Shown: in pieces, positions 1 through 13,290 of the stretch | How the letters are laid out: the number at the start of each line of letters is the position of its first letter | Numbering within the stretch: position 1 is the stretch's first letter | DNA from: Camelus ferus | Taxonomy: Eukaryota | DNA: 64,000 nucleotides | NCBI RefSeq assembly: GCF_009834535.1 | Contig: NC_045696.1 | Span: 2,358,001-2,422,000, forward strand | Reading direction: 5' to 3' | The notes under the pieces: model-generated | The model's input: only the letters and a program-made list of their open reading frames with translations | Told to the model about the DNA's origin: nothing | Database searches by the model: none | Made by a program: the position numbers and the translations under genes

Positions 1-1344
1 AGGCTCAGGGCGCTGTATCTGACTCCTCCTTGGCATTTCTTCTCGCATGTTTTACATTCATTACAAATTCTAAATGTTTGTTTTAGCCTGATTGGCCTGC
101 AACCGTCAGGAAGGACCTGTAGTCTGACAAGGTCAGATTACTGGCTCGTGAAATAAGGGAGACCACACACCAGAGGAAGTGAGCATCTTGCCAACAGAGG
201 AAAGGGCTAGTTGCTCTAGGATTTGGAGCAGGGTTCAGTTTAGATGAAATACAGATGAAGCTGTGTTTTCATGGGCTCCAAGCAAGGTAGGGCTGTGTGT
301 GAAGGGGTCAGCATCAGGTCTCACTGCAGTGGACCCAGGTCCTGTTTCCTTGAAAACCACAAAATTTAGATAGCTGGTAGAACGTGGTGTTTAGAAATCC
401 TCTATTTGAAGCTCTGCAGCTAGCTGGGTATCAAGGCTGCTGCTCTGTGTCACAGTGCCTTCCACCCTGCAGGAGACAGCGGATGCTTCCTCCTTCTTAC
501 TGATATAATTCCAAACAGCAAAATTTCTGGAAGTCTAGGATTTTATAGAAGGGACTTTCTCTGAACAAGAAATCAGCAGTCACTGAAAGAAGGGGTCATT
601 ATGACACTTCACTCTTGCAGTATGTCCTTGAGAGAAACTATTTCCCATTAACTTGGTGGCCAGCTTTATGTGTCTTGTATCCCAGCCTAGCAAGTTTCCC
701 TTCCCCACTCCACTGGACACTGGGCTTTCTCAGCCTCCCCAGGGCACCCCCATCCAGACAGAGACCTGGGATCCTCCTTGTTGCTCACCCTTCCTCTCAC
801 TATTCACTTCCCTTCCACCCCCAGCCCCTCTGCCAGTAAGTCCTGTGCCATTCCCTTCGTGGCTGCATCCAGAATTTGTCAGCCCGCCTCCATTGCCACT
901 GCCTTCACCTATGTCCAAGCCCTGCCATTTTGTCTGAATCTCTGCTTCCTCAGAGTGTCCACTCATTGCCCCTTGCCAGTCCATTCTGTATACCACAGCT
1001 TGAAGAATTTTTAACAAGCCAGTCTGCTTAAGTCAGCTTCCATTGCTCTTAGGATAAAGACCAAAAAACTTGAATATGCAGATGCTTTGGGGAAGAGTGG
1101 GGGAGAAAGTGGAGCTCACTCACTTAAGTGTGTTTCCTTCTTCCCTAGGTCTTGGCTCTCAAGGCCTGTGTGACTTGGTAACTCTCAGTTACCTTGAAAC
1201 AGTTTTTTTGGTTTGTTCAAATTCCACTTTTTGGTTATTCTCTAGGGAAGACTGATCTGCTGTACCACCGTGCTAGCTGGAAGTGGAAGTTCTTCCGCAT
1301 GTGGTATTATGATTTTTAAGTTGTTAAAAATATATTGTTTGAGG

Positions 1345-1815
1345 TCATACAGAAAAGACAGGTTATGGAGATGTTCCAAATTAAAGGGGACTAAAGCTAC
1401 ATGACAGTTAAATGCAATACCTGACCTTAGACTGGATGCTGTACCTTGGGGGGAGAGAGTGCTGCAAAAGGCAATTTTAGGTCATTTGACAAAATTTCTA
1501 ATGTTCGTGGTAGGTTAGATAAATGTATTAATATTAATTTTCCTGGAGTTGACAACTGTATACTGGGTACCTAAGACATTATCCCTATTCTTAGAAAATA
1601 TTCACTGACGTATTTAGAAATAAAGGGCCACGATATATGTAACTTACCCTAAACTGGCTGAAAAAAATGTGTGTGTGTGCAGGTGATGAGCAAATGTGGA
1701 GAAGTGTTGACGGTAGGTAAGTCAGGGTAAAGGGTGTGTGGGTGGTATTTGTAGTATTTTTATTTATACGACATTTTGTAAGCTTGAAATTACTTCCAAA
1801 TAAAATGATTAAAAA
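1345..1815 (+). mobile_element. Old L1 (L1MC-like) 3' UTR fragment, sense to the gene
   Basis: Typical L1MC 3' motifs (gactaaagctacatgacagttaaatgcaa; ttttgtaagcttgaaattacttccaaataaaa) ending in AATAAA plus an A-rich tail. Confidence 0.7.
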
Positions 1816-3217
1816 CTTATTGTAAAATGGAAATACTAATTAAAGATTTACAGAACCATGAGCATCCCTGAGGCCTTGGGTTCTTAGCAGTGGGGTTTGA
1901 GAAGCACTGCACTGCATGATTTCTGAAGCAGTTGTAGGGGTTTTGAGATTAATTTCCCAGCAGTTTGATATTAATGAGAAGAGAGTAGACCTCTGTTTCA
2001 GCTCAGCGAAGAATTATTCTGGCCGGTAGAAACATGAACGGGAGAGATAATCGATGAAGGGTGGGATAATCATTGAAGAATGGGTGCCAAGAAGAGATTA
2101 ATTTGACCCGAAGTTTATGTATTGTGGCCCAAATTTGATAATATCAGAGTGTGTCAATCCAAGTCCTGGCAGGAGACGGAAAGGGAGACTGAGAGTGGTG
2201 AAGGGATGACAGACAGGTGTGGGGCAGGGTTTAGGGGACCGTAAGAGTGGGGCCCTGTGGTCTCCCAGGGAGCTTCCGGACCAGCAGGGGGCCGGGCGCT
2301 GGTAGGACCAGGGCCTCAGCTGGGAGGAGGAGGTCACTGCTGCTTGAACCTGGCAGGGGTGACTCAGTGGGCAGGTAGAAGTCCCATCTGCCTCCTGTCC
2401 TCGTTTCCTGTGGGGGCCGTCACTGTGCAGTTCCAACAGGAAGCCACAGGAGGGGAGCCCGGTTGCTGTGGGTGCTGACTGAGCCTCCTGGGGCAGAGCA
2501 GGATGAGAGCAGATCTGAAGGGCATGTGGGGACTGTCCAGAAGGCAGGGCCTGGGAAGGGGGAGACAGACATGGGGGTCTAGGGACAGAGAAGGAGAAAG
2601 GTAGTCAAGACATCCGTTACTTGAATGTACCGCTCTTGCCCAGCCAGCATTCTGTTTGTGTGCCAGTAAATGAAAAGCACAGGTCCCTGACTCTGGTTCA
2701 TTTGGGTTCAGCAAGATTGATCTTAGTGTTTTGTGGTAGAATTCAGTTGATAAATCAGGCAGGCAGGTATTCTCAGTATGACGCATTTGCCAAGGTCCGC
2801 TGGGTAACGTGGGCATATAACAAGGGTAAGATGGGATCCTTTCCCTGGCAGTTCACAAGCAGACTGAGCTCCACCGTGGAGATGGGAAAAGGTGGTGCGG
2901 GTACGTTGGCAGCACCAGGGGAGGACAGATTCCTATTAGTCACACATTTGTTTCTCTTGTAAAAGAGTGTTCCAGTGGCCTTTACGTTAGAAAAAGCAGC
3001 AGATTTTTGGCAGTGCAGGACAAAAACGCTATTTCCATATTCTGGTTTCAAGTCTCCTCCCCATCCCTTAGGTTTGTTTTAAAATTTTGACAGCTAATTA
3101 GTGTTGTTTGCCTGGAAATGCATTTAAGCTCTTTAACTGAGAAGTTTGTTTTTTTTTTTAAATGAGTCCTGGAATATTCTCATCTTTTCACTTTTTTAAC
3201 TTACATTTTTGAAGGCT

Positions 3218-3577
3218 GGTTAAATTAGGATCAGGTCTTTGGGGTGGGCCCTAACCCAGTATGACTGGTGTCCTTATAAAAGGAGGGAATTTGGATACAC
3301 AGACGGACACCCACAAAGGGAAGGTAACACGGAGAGACGGGGGGGGGGGGGGGAACAGGCAGAGGCGGGGTGGGAGCACACTGCCGCAAACCCAGGAGCG
3401 CCTGGGGCCACCCGAGGGGGAACGAGGCAGGAAAGGGTCACAGATTTCAGAGGGAGCGAGGCCCTGCCGGCACTTCGATTTCAAACTGTAGCCTCCAGAA
3501 CTGTGAGAGAACGCGTTTCTGCTCTAAGTCACCCAGTTTGTGGTACTTTGTTATGTCTGATCTGGGAAACTAATACA
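3218..3577 (+). mobile_element. MaLR solo LTR (MLT1B/C-like), 5'-truncated, with internal poly-G run
   Basis: gggtgggccctaacccagtatgactggtgtccttataaaagg ... gcctccagaactgtgaga ... tttgtggtactttgttatg ... ggaaactaataCA terminus. Confidence 0.85.
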
Positions 3578-4274
3578 CCCTTCAAATCGCAGCTCAAAGT
3601 AAAGAAGGAATCCATCAGTATGTAATTCTAAATTCTTTTCTAAACTTGTTAGTGATAAGAAGCCAGAAGTTGATTGCTTAAAAAGCCTTTATTTTGGATT
3701 TGAGACTCCTTACTGAGCTATTTTAATTAACAAACATTTTCATATTAACATGAATTATCTGATAATGTATTAAATAATATAAATGGAAACATAAACATGC
3801 CAGATGATAAAGGGCAGGAGACATTGATTCCTTTTTTTTATAGTGTAAATTTCTTTCACTGGGTTTTGGTAGCCCTGCTTCTCATCTATGGCTCTCTGTA
3901 TCCTGCCTGTGAATGAGCTGATAGTCACTGTCATGTAATTAATACCATCAAAAAAGTAAATTTCAGAAGATACATAGATGTTGAGGTGGCCTGTGATTTA
4001 GATTGTTTCTGTTTGTTTTTGAGTGCTTAAACTTCGTAGTTGAAATACAGTCCAGGCTGGGTGGCAGCCCCTTCCTGTTCTAGTACTGAGGCTGGGTAAG
4101 ATAATGTCTTACTCATATGCGATGTATCATTCACTGTCCGTAAAAAATCATTCTGTCCCTGATTCTTAAAAAAATTGCAAAAGCTATATATCCTTGTTAT
4201 AGAAGAGACATGTAATCAAAACAACCGTGTTTTTTCCTCTATCCAAGGATTAGCAGAAGGAATAAAGAAATGAA

Positions 4275-4390
4275 ATTCATTTACATGGCAAATATTTATT
4301 AAGTGCTTACTAGGTGCCATGTACTGTTCTAGGCATTTGGGATGCATCAGGACCCATGACGATCCTTGCCCTCATGTAGTTTAGGTAGCA
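4275..4390 (-). mobile_element. L2 3' end fragment
   Basis: aaatatttattaagtgcttactaggtgcc...gttctaggcatttgggat...ccttgccctcatg, the reverse complement of the L2 tail region. Confidence 0.7.
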
Positions 4391-5485
4391 GGTAAGCCCT
4401 GGGCCAAGTCAAAAATGCAAGGAGGGTGTTTTGTCTGGAGGTGGCAGCAGTGCTCCTATCTGGCCACACGGTGGTGGCCTTGGACAGCACAAAGGCACCT
4501 GCTTTCTGGAGAGCTGGGGTGGGTGGTGGGGCAGGGTGAGAAGGTTTAACCCTGTCCCTTTGTTATGATAACTTATAATAAGGTCATAAGCAGCTGTGTA
4601 GAGAGAGAGACTATGAAATTAGCTTAATGGAAGAGTCTTTTGGGTGGTCTTAATTAATTCCTACATATTTTTACCCCTAAGGCTTGTACCACGTTTGAGC
4701 ACCATACAGTTTAATAATAGAAGAAAAAATGAAAAGTTAACTGCAAAGAAACAGTTTTATGCCATCAATGATCTTACCTTAGCTTTAAAAAAATTTTTCT
4801 TTTTGCCTGCGACCATTTGCAGTTCATATTTCACTTGTAATTAAATGTGTTTTCATTTAACGTTACAGAAGGCAGATACGTAGTTTTCAAAGCATAGTGC
4901 TTGATTGGTATAGTTGATTTCGCGGGTGGCCAGGATTAGTGGGACAAAGTAAAGAATCCTGGTGAAAGTCATGCAGTGGCGTAATACATCATAAAAGCAC
5001 AGAGACCTGACTTCAGGGAGAAGAAATGGTCTTGTGTCACTTCAGCGTAGTGTCAAAGAAACACATTTTAGAGGAAGCTTTGCCAGCCATTTCAAGGTCT
5101 TAACTGAATGTATGACTTGGCAAATGGTCTCTAGAAAACGTAGGCTCCCTGCATTCATTGTTCATTGTTCGTGGCACTAACACCCACCCCACCCCAGCTG
5201 AGTTTCCTTGCGGCCCAGACCCCCAGGTCATAAAGCCGCGCCCCTCCTCTCGTGTCTGCGCTGCACTGGAGGAAGTGTCTGTGAGCCTTCTCCTTCAGGG
5301 TGCAGTGCTGTTCCGTTTTCCAGCCTCTGCCCTTTGAGGCGCTCACGGCAGGCTGCCTTTCACCCCCCTCCATTTTTACGCTTTTTCTCATTCCTAGCAC
5401 TGGGTTCCCCTGTTTGCTGTCGCCAGTTGTGTGTTGATTGCGTTTTGTCAGTGATGAGACGCTGGGCCGGGCTGTTGTCCTGAAG

Positions 5486-5670
5486 CAGCGGTCCTCAGCA
5501 TCTGTTCCCAGGCCAGCAGTATCAGCCTCACCTGGGAACTTGTTAGAAATGCAGATTCTCAAGCCCACCTCAGGCCTTCTGGATCAGAAAGTGTGAGGAT
5601 GGGGCTGCGCGGGCTGTGTTACAACAAGTCTTCAGGGGATTCTGATGTCCGGTAGAGCTGGGAATCGTTG
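5486..5670. mobile_element. MER5A (hAT-Charlie MITE), full length with 8-bp TSD
   Basis: Core tcacctgggaacttgttagaaatgcagattctc. Flanks TCCTGAAG (5478-5485) and TCCTCAAG (5671-5678) match 7/8. Confidence 0.88.
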
Positions 5671-6465
5671 TCCTCAAGCATTGCTACTTTACTTAAGCAG
5701 TCGCAGCAGTAGCTCTGAGCACACTCCCCCCCAGTTCTTGTTAAATTCTGTTTGCATAAAAACTGATGATATCCTCAAGACCAAGGCACTTAAAACTTTG
5801 TTCCTTTGCTTTTTGAATGTCAGTATTTCTGTAGCATGGTATTTTTAATTGAAAGTGGATAATACTTTTGATTTCAGATTAACATGAGTGTCTTCTGGGA
5901 TTTTCGTGGGCTGTTTGAATCATCGCCTACACGCATGAGGTGGAGAGGGAGCGTTCAGTAGTCCCCGCCTTTCCCTGTGGCCTTTCCGCGTCTCCATCCC
6001 CGTTGCTTCACTCCCCCACTGATTCCTGCAGCTGTTCCACTGAGTCAGTCTGCCAGTTGGGAGACTAGCTTTGTGGCTCGGCCCCGGCTGGCACCGTCCC
6101 CTCAGTGAGCTGCCTTCTGCTTTAATGGAGCAGATACAAATCTGTGCCATGAGACAGTCGGGCTCTCAGCCCTGCCTTCAGTCCTTGAAATAACATACTT
6201 TCTTAAAACCTTGCGTGCAAGTCTGGCAGTAAAATGAGGTCTTAAAAGTGTAAAACAGAAAACAAAAAAGTGCTCACTGCTATGAGCTAAAAACTAACAA
6301 AAACTTAAAAAGCAGGTCTTGTAGAATATTGGTTATTCAAGGACTGGTTATGCAAATAATTCTACCTCAGAAAGAAGGGTTTTCTAAGAGAAGATGAAGC
6401 AAAATGGATGTTAGGGGAGAGCTGTGATCTGAAATACTGAGTATTTTTATGTCTCTTTCTTGTAG

Positions 6466-6569
6466 ACCTGGAAAGGAAGGAGCAAGAATTAGAGCGACTG
6501 AGGATGGACTGTGAGCACTTCAAAGCCCGCCTGGAGTCTGTGCAGGCGGACAGCCTGAGGGAGAAGAAG
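6466..6569 (+). CDS. HSF2BP: HSF2BP/MEILB2 coding exon (human exon 4 equivalent), N-terminal coiled-coil region
   Basis: Acceptor tctctttcttgtAG|AC and donor AAG|GTacga. 104 nt = 2 nt + 34 codons, LERKEQELERLRMDCEHFKARLESVQADSLREKK, matching recalled human LERKEQELEQLKMDCEHFKARLETVQADNIREKK. Confidence 0.96.
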
Positions 6570-7850
6570 GTACGAGGCTCGCTGGCGGCTGCTGGAAGGC
6601 CAGCGTGTGGCCGTGTCCACAGGGTGCTGCTGGCCAGTCTAGCCCTTGGCCTCCAGAATCAGCGTTTTTAAGTGCACGTATCTCTGTGGGTTGGAAAACA
6701 GTTGATCATAGGGATTTTGCAACCATTTAATGTGGAGATTATTTTAAATCGTTACCGTTAATATTTATGTTTAAAAGACCATTCATATGTTAAAGTTCAT
6801 AGTATAATAAGAATCTTGGAAAAATAATGCACATAATGATTTATAATCAGGGAGATATATTAAATCGAAATATTTGTAATTAACTTAGGAGATCGTGTAC
6901 TGATATTTTAGAAATAACCAATTATATTTTATTTTAATATTTGGGGAGACTAATAATATTTCTTTAAAATTACACATTTTTTTGTATGGAATAAAGTATT
7001 TCCTCTTCTCTTAGAAGAGCATTAGCCCCTCTTCCCTTACTCTCTCAGAACAGCTCTCTCAGAACCGTTCTGCCACTTCTGGTAAAAATTGGAGTATGAG
7101 TGTATTTTTATTTCTGAACAGTGAAACAGTAGCATGAGTAACCGCGGCTCCCGTGTGCGGTGTGCTGGGTGCTGCAGTGGCCAGCTGCTGGCCTGCGTCT
7201 CCGGGCCTCTCCCAGCACAGCCGCGCCAGCCGGTTCTGGTCGCCTGCAGGAGTGTTAGGTAGCTGCTCCAGGGTCCCACTGCCTGTGTTCTGAGCTTTGT
7301 TTCATACCCCCTCCTCACGTGAAGGAGCTCTGAATGTCTGTGGCTGCAGGGGAGGGTTTCCAAAACTGGTGGATTTTTTTTTTATAAATTTTAATGTCGA
7401 GCAAGTAGAAAAGATGAGGGAAAGAGGGTCAGTCTCAAAACTGAGTTAGGTTGAGTGTCACGTGTCGAGAGCTGAAATTTCAGCTCTGCCGTATTCTGTT
7501 TAGATCATGACAGACTAAGAGGGACACATGCTTAATTTGTCGGGACTTAGAAGTCTCGTGGTCTGAAGGAATTGATAAGTGTTAACAGTGCGCTCCAGGA
7601 GGTTAGTACGTCCTTAGAATGGAGACATCCTCGTTAAGGTTGAAGCTTAAATTGGGCAGAATCTTAGATTTCCTATTTTTAAATTGATAAGCATAGGAAA
7701 ATGCATGTTTTGTTGGCATTTTAGATGTAGTGCTTAAAAATAAGCCATTCTGGTAAAGTGCCAGAAGGAAGAAAATGGCTGTGGGAGAGCGGTGCCAGGT
7801 CACCAGCGTGTTCTGCCCAGACACGCGACCTGCATTAAAATATTTATTTT

Positions 7851-7907
7851 AATATTTTAGGTTATATTTTAGGTTAGGTTAATATTTTAGGGAATATTTT
7901 AGGTTAA
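7851..7907. repeat. Short imperfect tandem repeat, four copies of ATATTTTAGG
   Basis: aatattttaggtt atattttaggtt aggtt aatattttaggg aatattttaggttaa. Confidence 0.8.
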
Positions 7908-9002
7908 ATTATTTCCTATTTCCAGTTAAGTTTCCTGTTTAATAGTCCCACCAACTTAATACAGGTGGGCACCCCTACGAGTTGGCTGTGACGAGGCCCT
8001 GTCTCTTCCTGCTGTGGACAGCTGGTAGTGGCCTTTCCTGTAGCCTGCTCTGTGGTCTCTGCCCAGGTGCACAGATCGTGATGCTGGACTCTGGAAGCTT
8101 ATTTTAGAATTGAGGAACCAGAAAAGAATCCAGAGACTGGATCCCAAGCTCGAGTATTGCTATTAAGTACTTCAGTTTGTGTACAAGTCGTTAGGAAGAA
8201 GGCAGAAGTCACTGAGTCCAGCATGTGAGGAAAAATCAGAAAACAGTGTGGACTCAAAGTCATGAAGAAGCATGCTGGCCGAGAAGCAGCACCTGACCCC
8301 CAGGGACTGGTCTGTGGGACAAGGGAAGCTCGGGTCATGCCTCTGTTGAGCTGGCTCCTGGTGGTGATGGAATGCCATCCATGGAAGAGGCTCTCTGGGC
8401 CTTGATGCGACCCAAGGGCTTGGGGAGGAGAGTCCTGGCTGTAGCACCTTTGAACTTGAGAGAAGAGCGGGCCAGTGGAACTGTTGGGGGATGCCTGAAT
8501 TTCTTCTGAGGGCTGTACTGTTACCGTGAGGTTGGGTGAGGCTTTCTACAGAGCCTCTGCTGGCAGGCTTTTTAGTGCCAGACCGGGCTTTCCCATGTGC
8601 GGACTTGTCACGGACGGTGCGCAGCGTCACCCCGTGCTCTCTGAGGAGCTGCGTTTCTGGGGCTCGCCTGTGGCTTCATCGTCTGTTGTTTCCTTGGGAC
8701 AACATCTTTCATAGTCAATAATCTAGCTTAAATATGGACTGCTACTTTTATTGTTAAAGTTTTTTTTGAATTTGTTAGGAAGGAGTTGCTACTTTTGTGA
8801 TAATATAGAATCTTTGCAACAACTTCCTGTTTATTATTTCAGGAAACTTTTAAAAGAAAAATTAACTGGTAGTATAGTTCAGTTAAAATCAGAAATGAAC
8901 TCCAGAAGGATTTTGAAGGAATCTTGAAAAGTTTGTGCTTGATACTCTGTCATGATGAGTATTTGTTTTAGGTAATACATTAGGGTTTGATTATTGTTTC
9001 CT

Positions 9003-12000
9003 TTTTAAAAAACAGCTTTATTGAGGTATATTTTGTATACAATAAAATTTGTCTATTGTAAAAGTATAGTTTGATCATTCTTAGTAGATTTATGCAGTTA
9101 TACTACTATCCCCCCAATCCAGTTTGTTTTTTAAGATTTGTTTTTTGAAATAACTGTAGAGTCACAGAAAACTGCAAAAAGTCCAGGGAGGCTTAGTGCC
9201 CGTTACCCAGTTTCCCCCAGTAGTGGTCGCGTTCACAGCCACAGAACCCGGTAAAGCAGGAAGCCGACACTGGCACAGCCCACAGGGCTTGCTAAGGCAT
9301 CACCAGCTTCCCTAGACTTGTTTGCATTTCGCCAGTTTTGCACGTGCTCATTTACGTGTATGCGCAGAGTGCTTTGCGGTTCTGTCACGTGTATAGATTC
9401 ATGAAGTCACTTGCACGTTCAAGACACAGAGCTGTTCCATTCCCCAAAGCCCCCGCCAGTGCCCCGGTGCAGCCCCGCTCGCCCACTTCCCCACGCCTGC
9501 CTCCCGGCAACTGCTGCTCCCCACGCGTTAGTGTCTCTAATTTGTTATTTCAAGAATGTCATAAAGTGAAGTAATTCAGTATAGAACCTTTTGATACTGG
9601 CTTTTTTCACTCAGATCCATCCAAGTTGTTGCGTGTATGAATAGTTTGTTCCATTTTATCGTTGCGTAGTATTCCATGGCATGGAATATCACAGTCTGTT
9701 CACCAGTTCTTCCACTGAAGGACATTTGGGTTGTTTCCATTTTTGTTTGCTGCTATGAGTAGAGGTGTCATGAGCATCTGTGCACTGGTTGTTGTGTGAG
9801 TGCATTTTCTCGTTTCTCTGGGATAAATGCCTGAGAGTGCCACCGCTGGGTTGTGTGGTAAGTGCATGTTCAGTTTTATAAGGAATTACCAAATTGTTTT
9901 TCAGAGCGGCCGGAGCCTTTTACATTCTCACCAGCACCGGTGAGAGGTCACTTCCTCCGCATCCCGGTTAGCATCTGCTGTTGTCACTGCTTTTTGGTTC
10001 AGCTGTCCTGAAGGATGTGCTGTGGTTTTAATTTGCATCTCCCTGTGGGCTAAGGGTGTTTTGGGAGCTTGTTTTGCGTCCGTCCGTGCGTTCTCTCCTG
10101 TGAAATACTTGTCTGTGTCTCTTGCGCATTTTCTAATTGGATTTTTTTTTTTTTACTGTTGAATTTAAAGAGTTCTTGATAGATTTCAGGTAAAAGGCCT
10201 TTGCTGCGCATACAATTTGCGCCTGTTTTCTCCCGCTCTGCAGCTTGTTTTCGTCTTCACAGGATTTTTCAGAGCAGAAGTTTTAAATTTGAATGGAGTC
10301 CAATTTGTTGATCTTTGCTTCCATGGACTGTACTCTGTGTGTCATGTCTGAGGACTTTTCACCTAACCCTTGGTCCTGAAGTTTCTCTCCGTTTTTTTTC
10401 CTAACAGTTTTATAGATTTACATTTCACGTTTGTGTTCCATTCTGAGTACATTTTTGTGTAAGGTGGGAACTAATGTTGTGGTTCTTTTTTTTGGGGGGG
10501 CCAGTGGTTGTCCAGTTGCTGCAGCGCCATTTGCTGAAAAGCCGCTTTCACGTGTTTAATCGCTTGTGCACCTTTGCAGCAGTCAGGTGGGTGTATTTAC
10601 CTGAGCCTGTTCTGGGCCGTGGGTCTGCTCTTCCACCAGGACCTCTCTGTGCTGATGGCTGTGGTCACACTGTGAGCCTTCACATCGGGCAAAGTCATTC
10701 TTCCCATTTAACTCTTCTTTTTCAAAATTGCACATGTTCCTTTTCCATAAAAAAATTATAACCTCAACTGTATCTACAAAAATTCTTGCTGGAATTTTGA
10801 TAGGAATTGTGTTACATTATATAGAGATCATTTGGGGAGATTTGATATCTTTCTTATGTTGAGTCTTTCGATCCCTACACAGAGTATGTCTTTTCGTTTT
10901 GTGTAGGTTTTTAATTTCTTTCATAAGCACTTTGTAATTTTCAGCATACAGATTCCATACAGGTTTTGTTAGGTTTTTACCCAAGTATTTAATTTTCTTT
11001 GGAGCAATTTTAAACCGTGTTGTGTTTTTAATTTTGGTTTCTACTTTTTTGTTTTTAGTATAGTGAAATGAGATTGCTTTTCGTGTTGATCTTCTATCTT
11101 GTGATCTGGCTGAACTCACTTATGACTTCTAGTTTTTTTGTAAATTCCTTGAGGTTTTTTAATATAGACAATCATGTCATCTGCATGTAGGGTCACTTCT
11201 GTTCTTCCTTATGCTCTGCATAGCTTTTCTTTCTTTCTCTTGCCTTATCACACAGTTTGGAACTTCCAGCACTATGTTAAATAAGAGTGGTGAGAGCAGA
11301 CATTCTTGCCTTGGTCTTCATCTCAGTCTTCAGCCATTAGGTTTGATTTAAAAAAAGACAGGCTTTGTTGTTTAGAGAAGTTTTAAGTTTATAGCAAAAC
11401 TGGGTGGCAAGTACAGAGGTTTCCCATACGCTGTCTGCCCCTTATGCGCCTCCCGTGCTATAAACATAAACACGATTTTAGCTGTAGGTTTTTTGTAGAT
11501 GCTTTTCATCAAATTGAGGAAGTTCTCTATTCCTAGTTGGTTGAGAATTTTTATCATGAGTAAATGCTGGATTTTGTCTGATTTTTTTTGTTTGCTTTTT
11601 AGGTTTTGTTTGTTTGCTTGTTTTGTGGGGTAGGTAATTAGGTTTATTTATTTATTTTAATGGAGGCACTGGGGATTGAACTCAGGACCTCATGCATGCT
11701 AAGCATGTGCCCTACTACTGGGCTATAGCTTCCTCCTTGACCAATTTTTAGAATGTTTCCATCACGTATCTGTTTTCGGTTAGTCCTTGTTCTCTTGTCC
11801 AGCCCTTAGGCAACCACTGATCTGCTTTCTGTCTCTATAGATTTGCCTTTTTTGACTATTTTGTACAAACGGAACTGTACACTGTGTAGTCTTCTGTGTC
11901 TGGTGTAGTGTTTTGGAAGCTCGTTCATGTTAGCGTACATTGGTTGTCTGTTCCTTTTCATTGCTGGGTAATACTCCATTGGATGGATAAACCACATTTC

Positions 12001-13290
12001 ATTATCCGTTTACCAGCTGATGAACATTTAGATTATTTGCAGTTTTTGACCATTGTGAAAAATGCTGCTATGAACATTTGTGTACAAGTCTTTGTGTGGA
12101 CATGTTTTTTAATTTTTCTTGGGGGAGATACCTAGGAGTAGAATTGCTGGGTCGTATGGTGAGTATATGGTTAACTTTCTGAGAAGCTACTAGCTGTGTG
12201 CCACAGTGAGTGTACATTCTGCATTCCACCCAGCGGTGTGTGATGGTTCTGCTTTCTCCGTATTCTTGTGAGCACTTGATGTTGTTGGTCTTTTAGATTA
12301 TAGTGGCTATAGTGGTATCTTGTGGTTTTAATTTGCATTTTCCTCACAACTAATTTTGTTGAACATCTTTTCATGTGTTTATTATCCATTCATGTATTTT
12401 CTTTGGTTACTAAGTGTTTATTTAGCTCTTTTGCCTCTTTTTAATTGGATTGTTTTCTTTTTGAGTTGTAAGAGTTCCTTATATATTCTGCAGGCAAGTC
12501 CTTTTTGAGATACAGAAATATTTTCTTTTAGTCCATGGCTTTCCACTTTCTGATTGGTGTCTTTTGAAGAAAGAAAGTTTTAAATTTTGATGTTCAATTT
12601 ACAATTTTGTAGTGGGTTGTGGTTTTGCTGTGCTGTCTATCTGATAAATATTTGCCTGGCTCAAGATGACAGAGATTTTCTCCTAGAAACTTTACATGTA
12701 GGTCTGTGATTGATTTTGAGTTGATTTTTTCCACATTTGAATATCTAGTTATTTTAGCATCTTTTTTGTTTTTGTTTTTGTTTTAGCATCTTTTGTTGAA
12801 CAGATTACTTTTTCCATTGGATTGCCTTGGCAACTTTGTTCAAATTGATTGACATAAATGTCGGTGTTTCATTGATCTCTGTGTCCATCCTCATGCCAGT
12901 ACCGCACTGGTTTGATTCCTGTAGCTTTATTACAAGTTCGCTTTGAAAATAGGTGGTGTTAGTCCTCTAACATTGTTTTTCTTTTTCAGGCTTTTTTTTT
13001 TTTTTCATTTCCATGTGAATTTTAGAATCAGATGATCACTTTTGTGCAAAAAAGCCTGCTGAAATTTTGATAGAGATGGTATTGAATCCATAGATCCACT
13101 TGGGGAGAGTTGCCATCTTACCAATACTGAGTCTTTCAGTCCCTGAACATGGTGTTATCTTCCCATGTATTTGGATCTTTTTCTTAATAATGTTTATAGT
13201 TTTTACTGTAAAGCATTATTTTTATTTATTATTTTCTTAAACTAATTTTCTTAAATTTATTCCAAGGTATTTTCTTAATTTTGATGTTAT
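9003..13290 (-). mobile_element. Nested cluster of antisense L1 elements (L1MB/L1MC-like 3' UTR and ORF2 remnants)
   Basis: Minus-strand ORFs carry decayed L1 ORF2 peptides (KIKYLGKNLTK..NLYAENYKVLMKEIK; KHMKRCST..RKMQIKTTRYH; NLMKSIYKKPTA) and there are several L1 3' termini. Confidence 0.9.
11600..11736 (-). mobile_element. tRNA-Ala-derived SINE, camelid Vic-1-like
   Basis: Reverse complement reads GGAGGAAGCTATAGCCCAGTAGTAGGGCACATGCTTAGCATGCATGAGGTCCTGAGTTCAATCCCCAGTGCCTCCA followed by a (TAAA)n CCTAATTACC tail; homologous to the copy at 54118-54249. Confidence 0.85.

Noticed and set aside
100..610. Segment with an LTR-like appearance
   Set aside because: I could not identify termini, a TSD or a family with confidence; it needs a Dfam search.
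4563..4589. Imperfect AT-rich hairpin TTATGA..CTTAT-A-ATAAG..TCATAA
   Set aside because: Too short and AT-rich to distinguish from chance; not a pre-miRNA-length stem.
10817..12389. L1 ORF2-like ORFs (also 22276-22617 and 57573-57830)
   Set aside because: Short frameshifted remnants of dead L1s, not functional genes.
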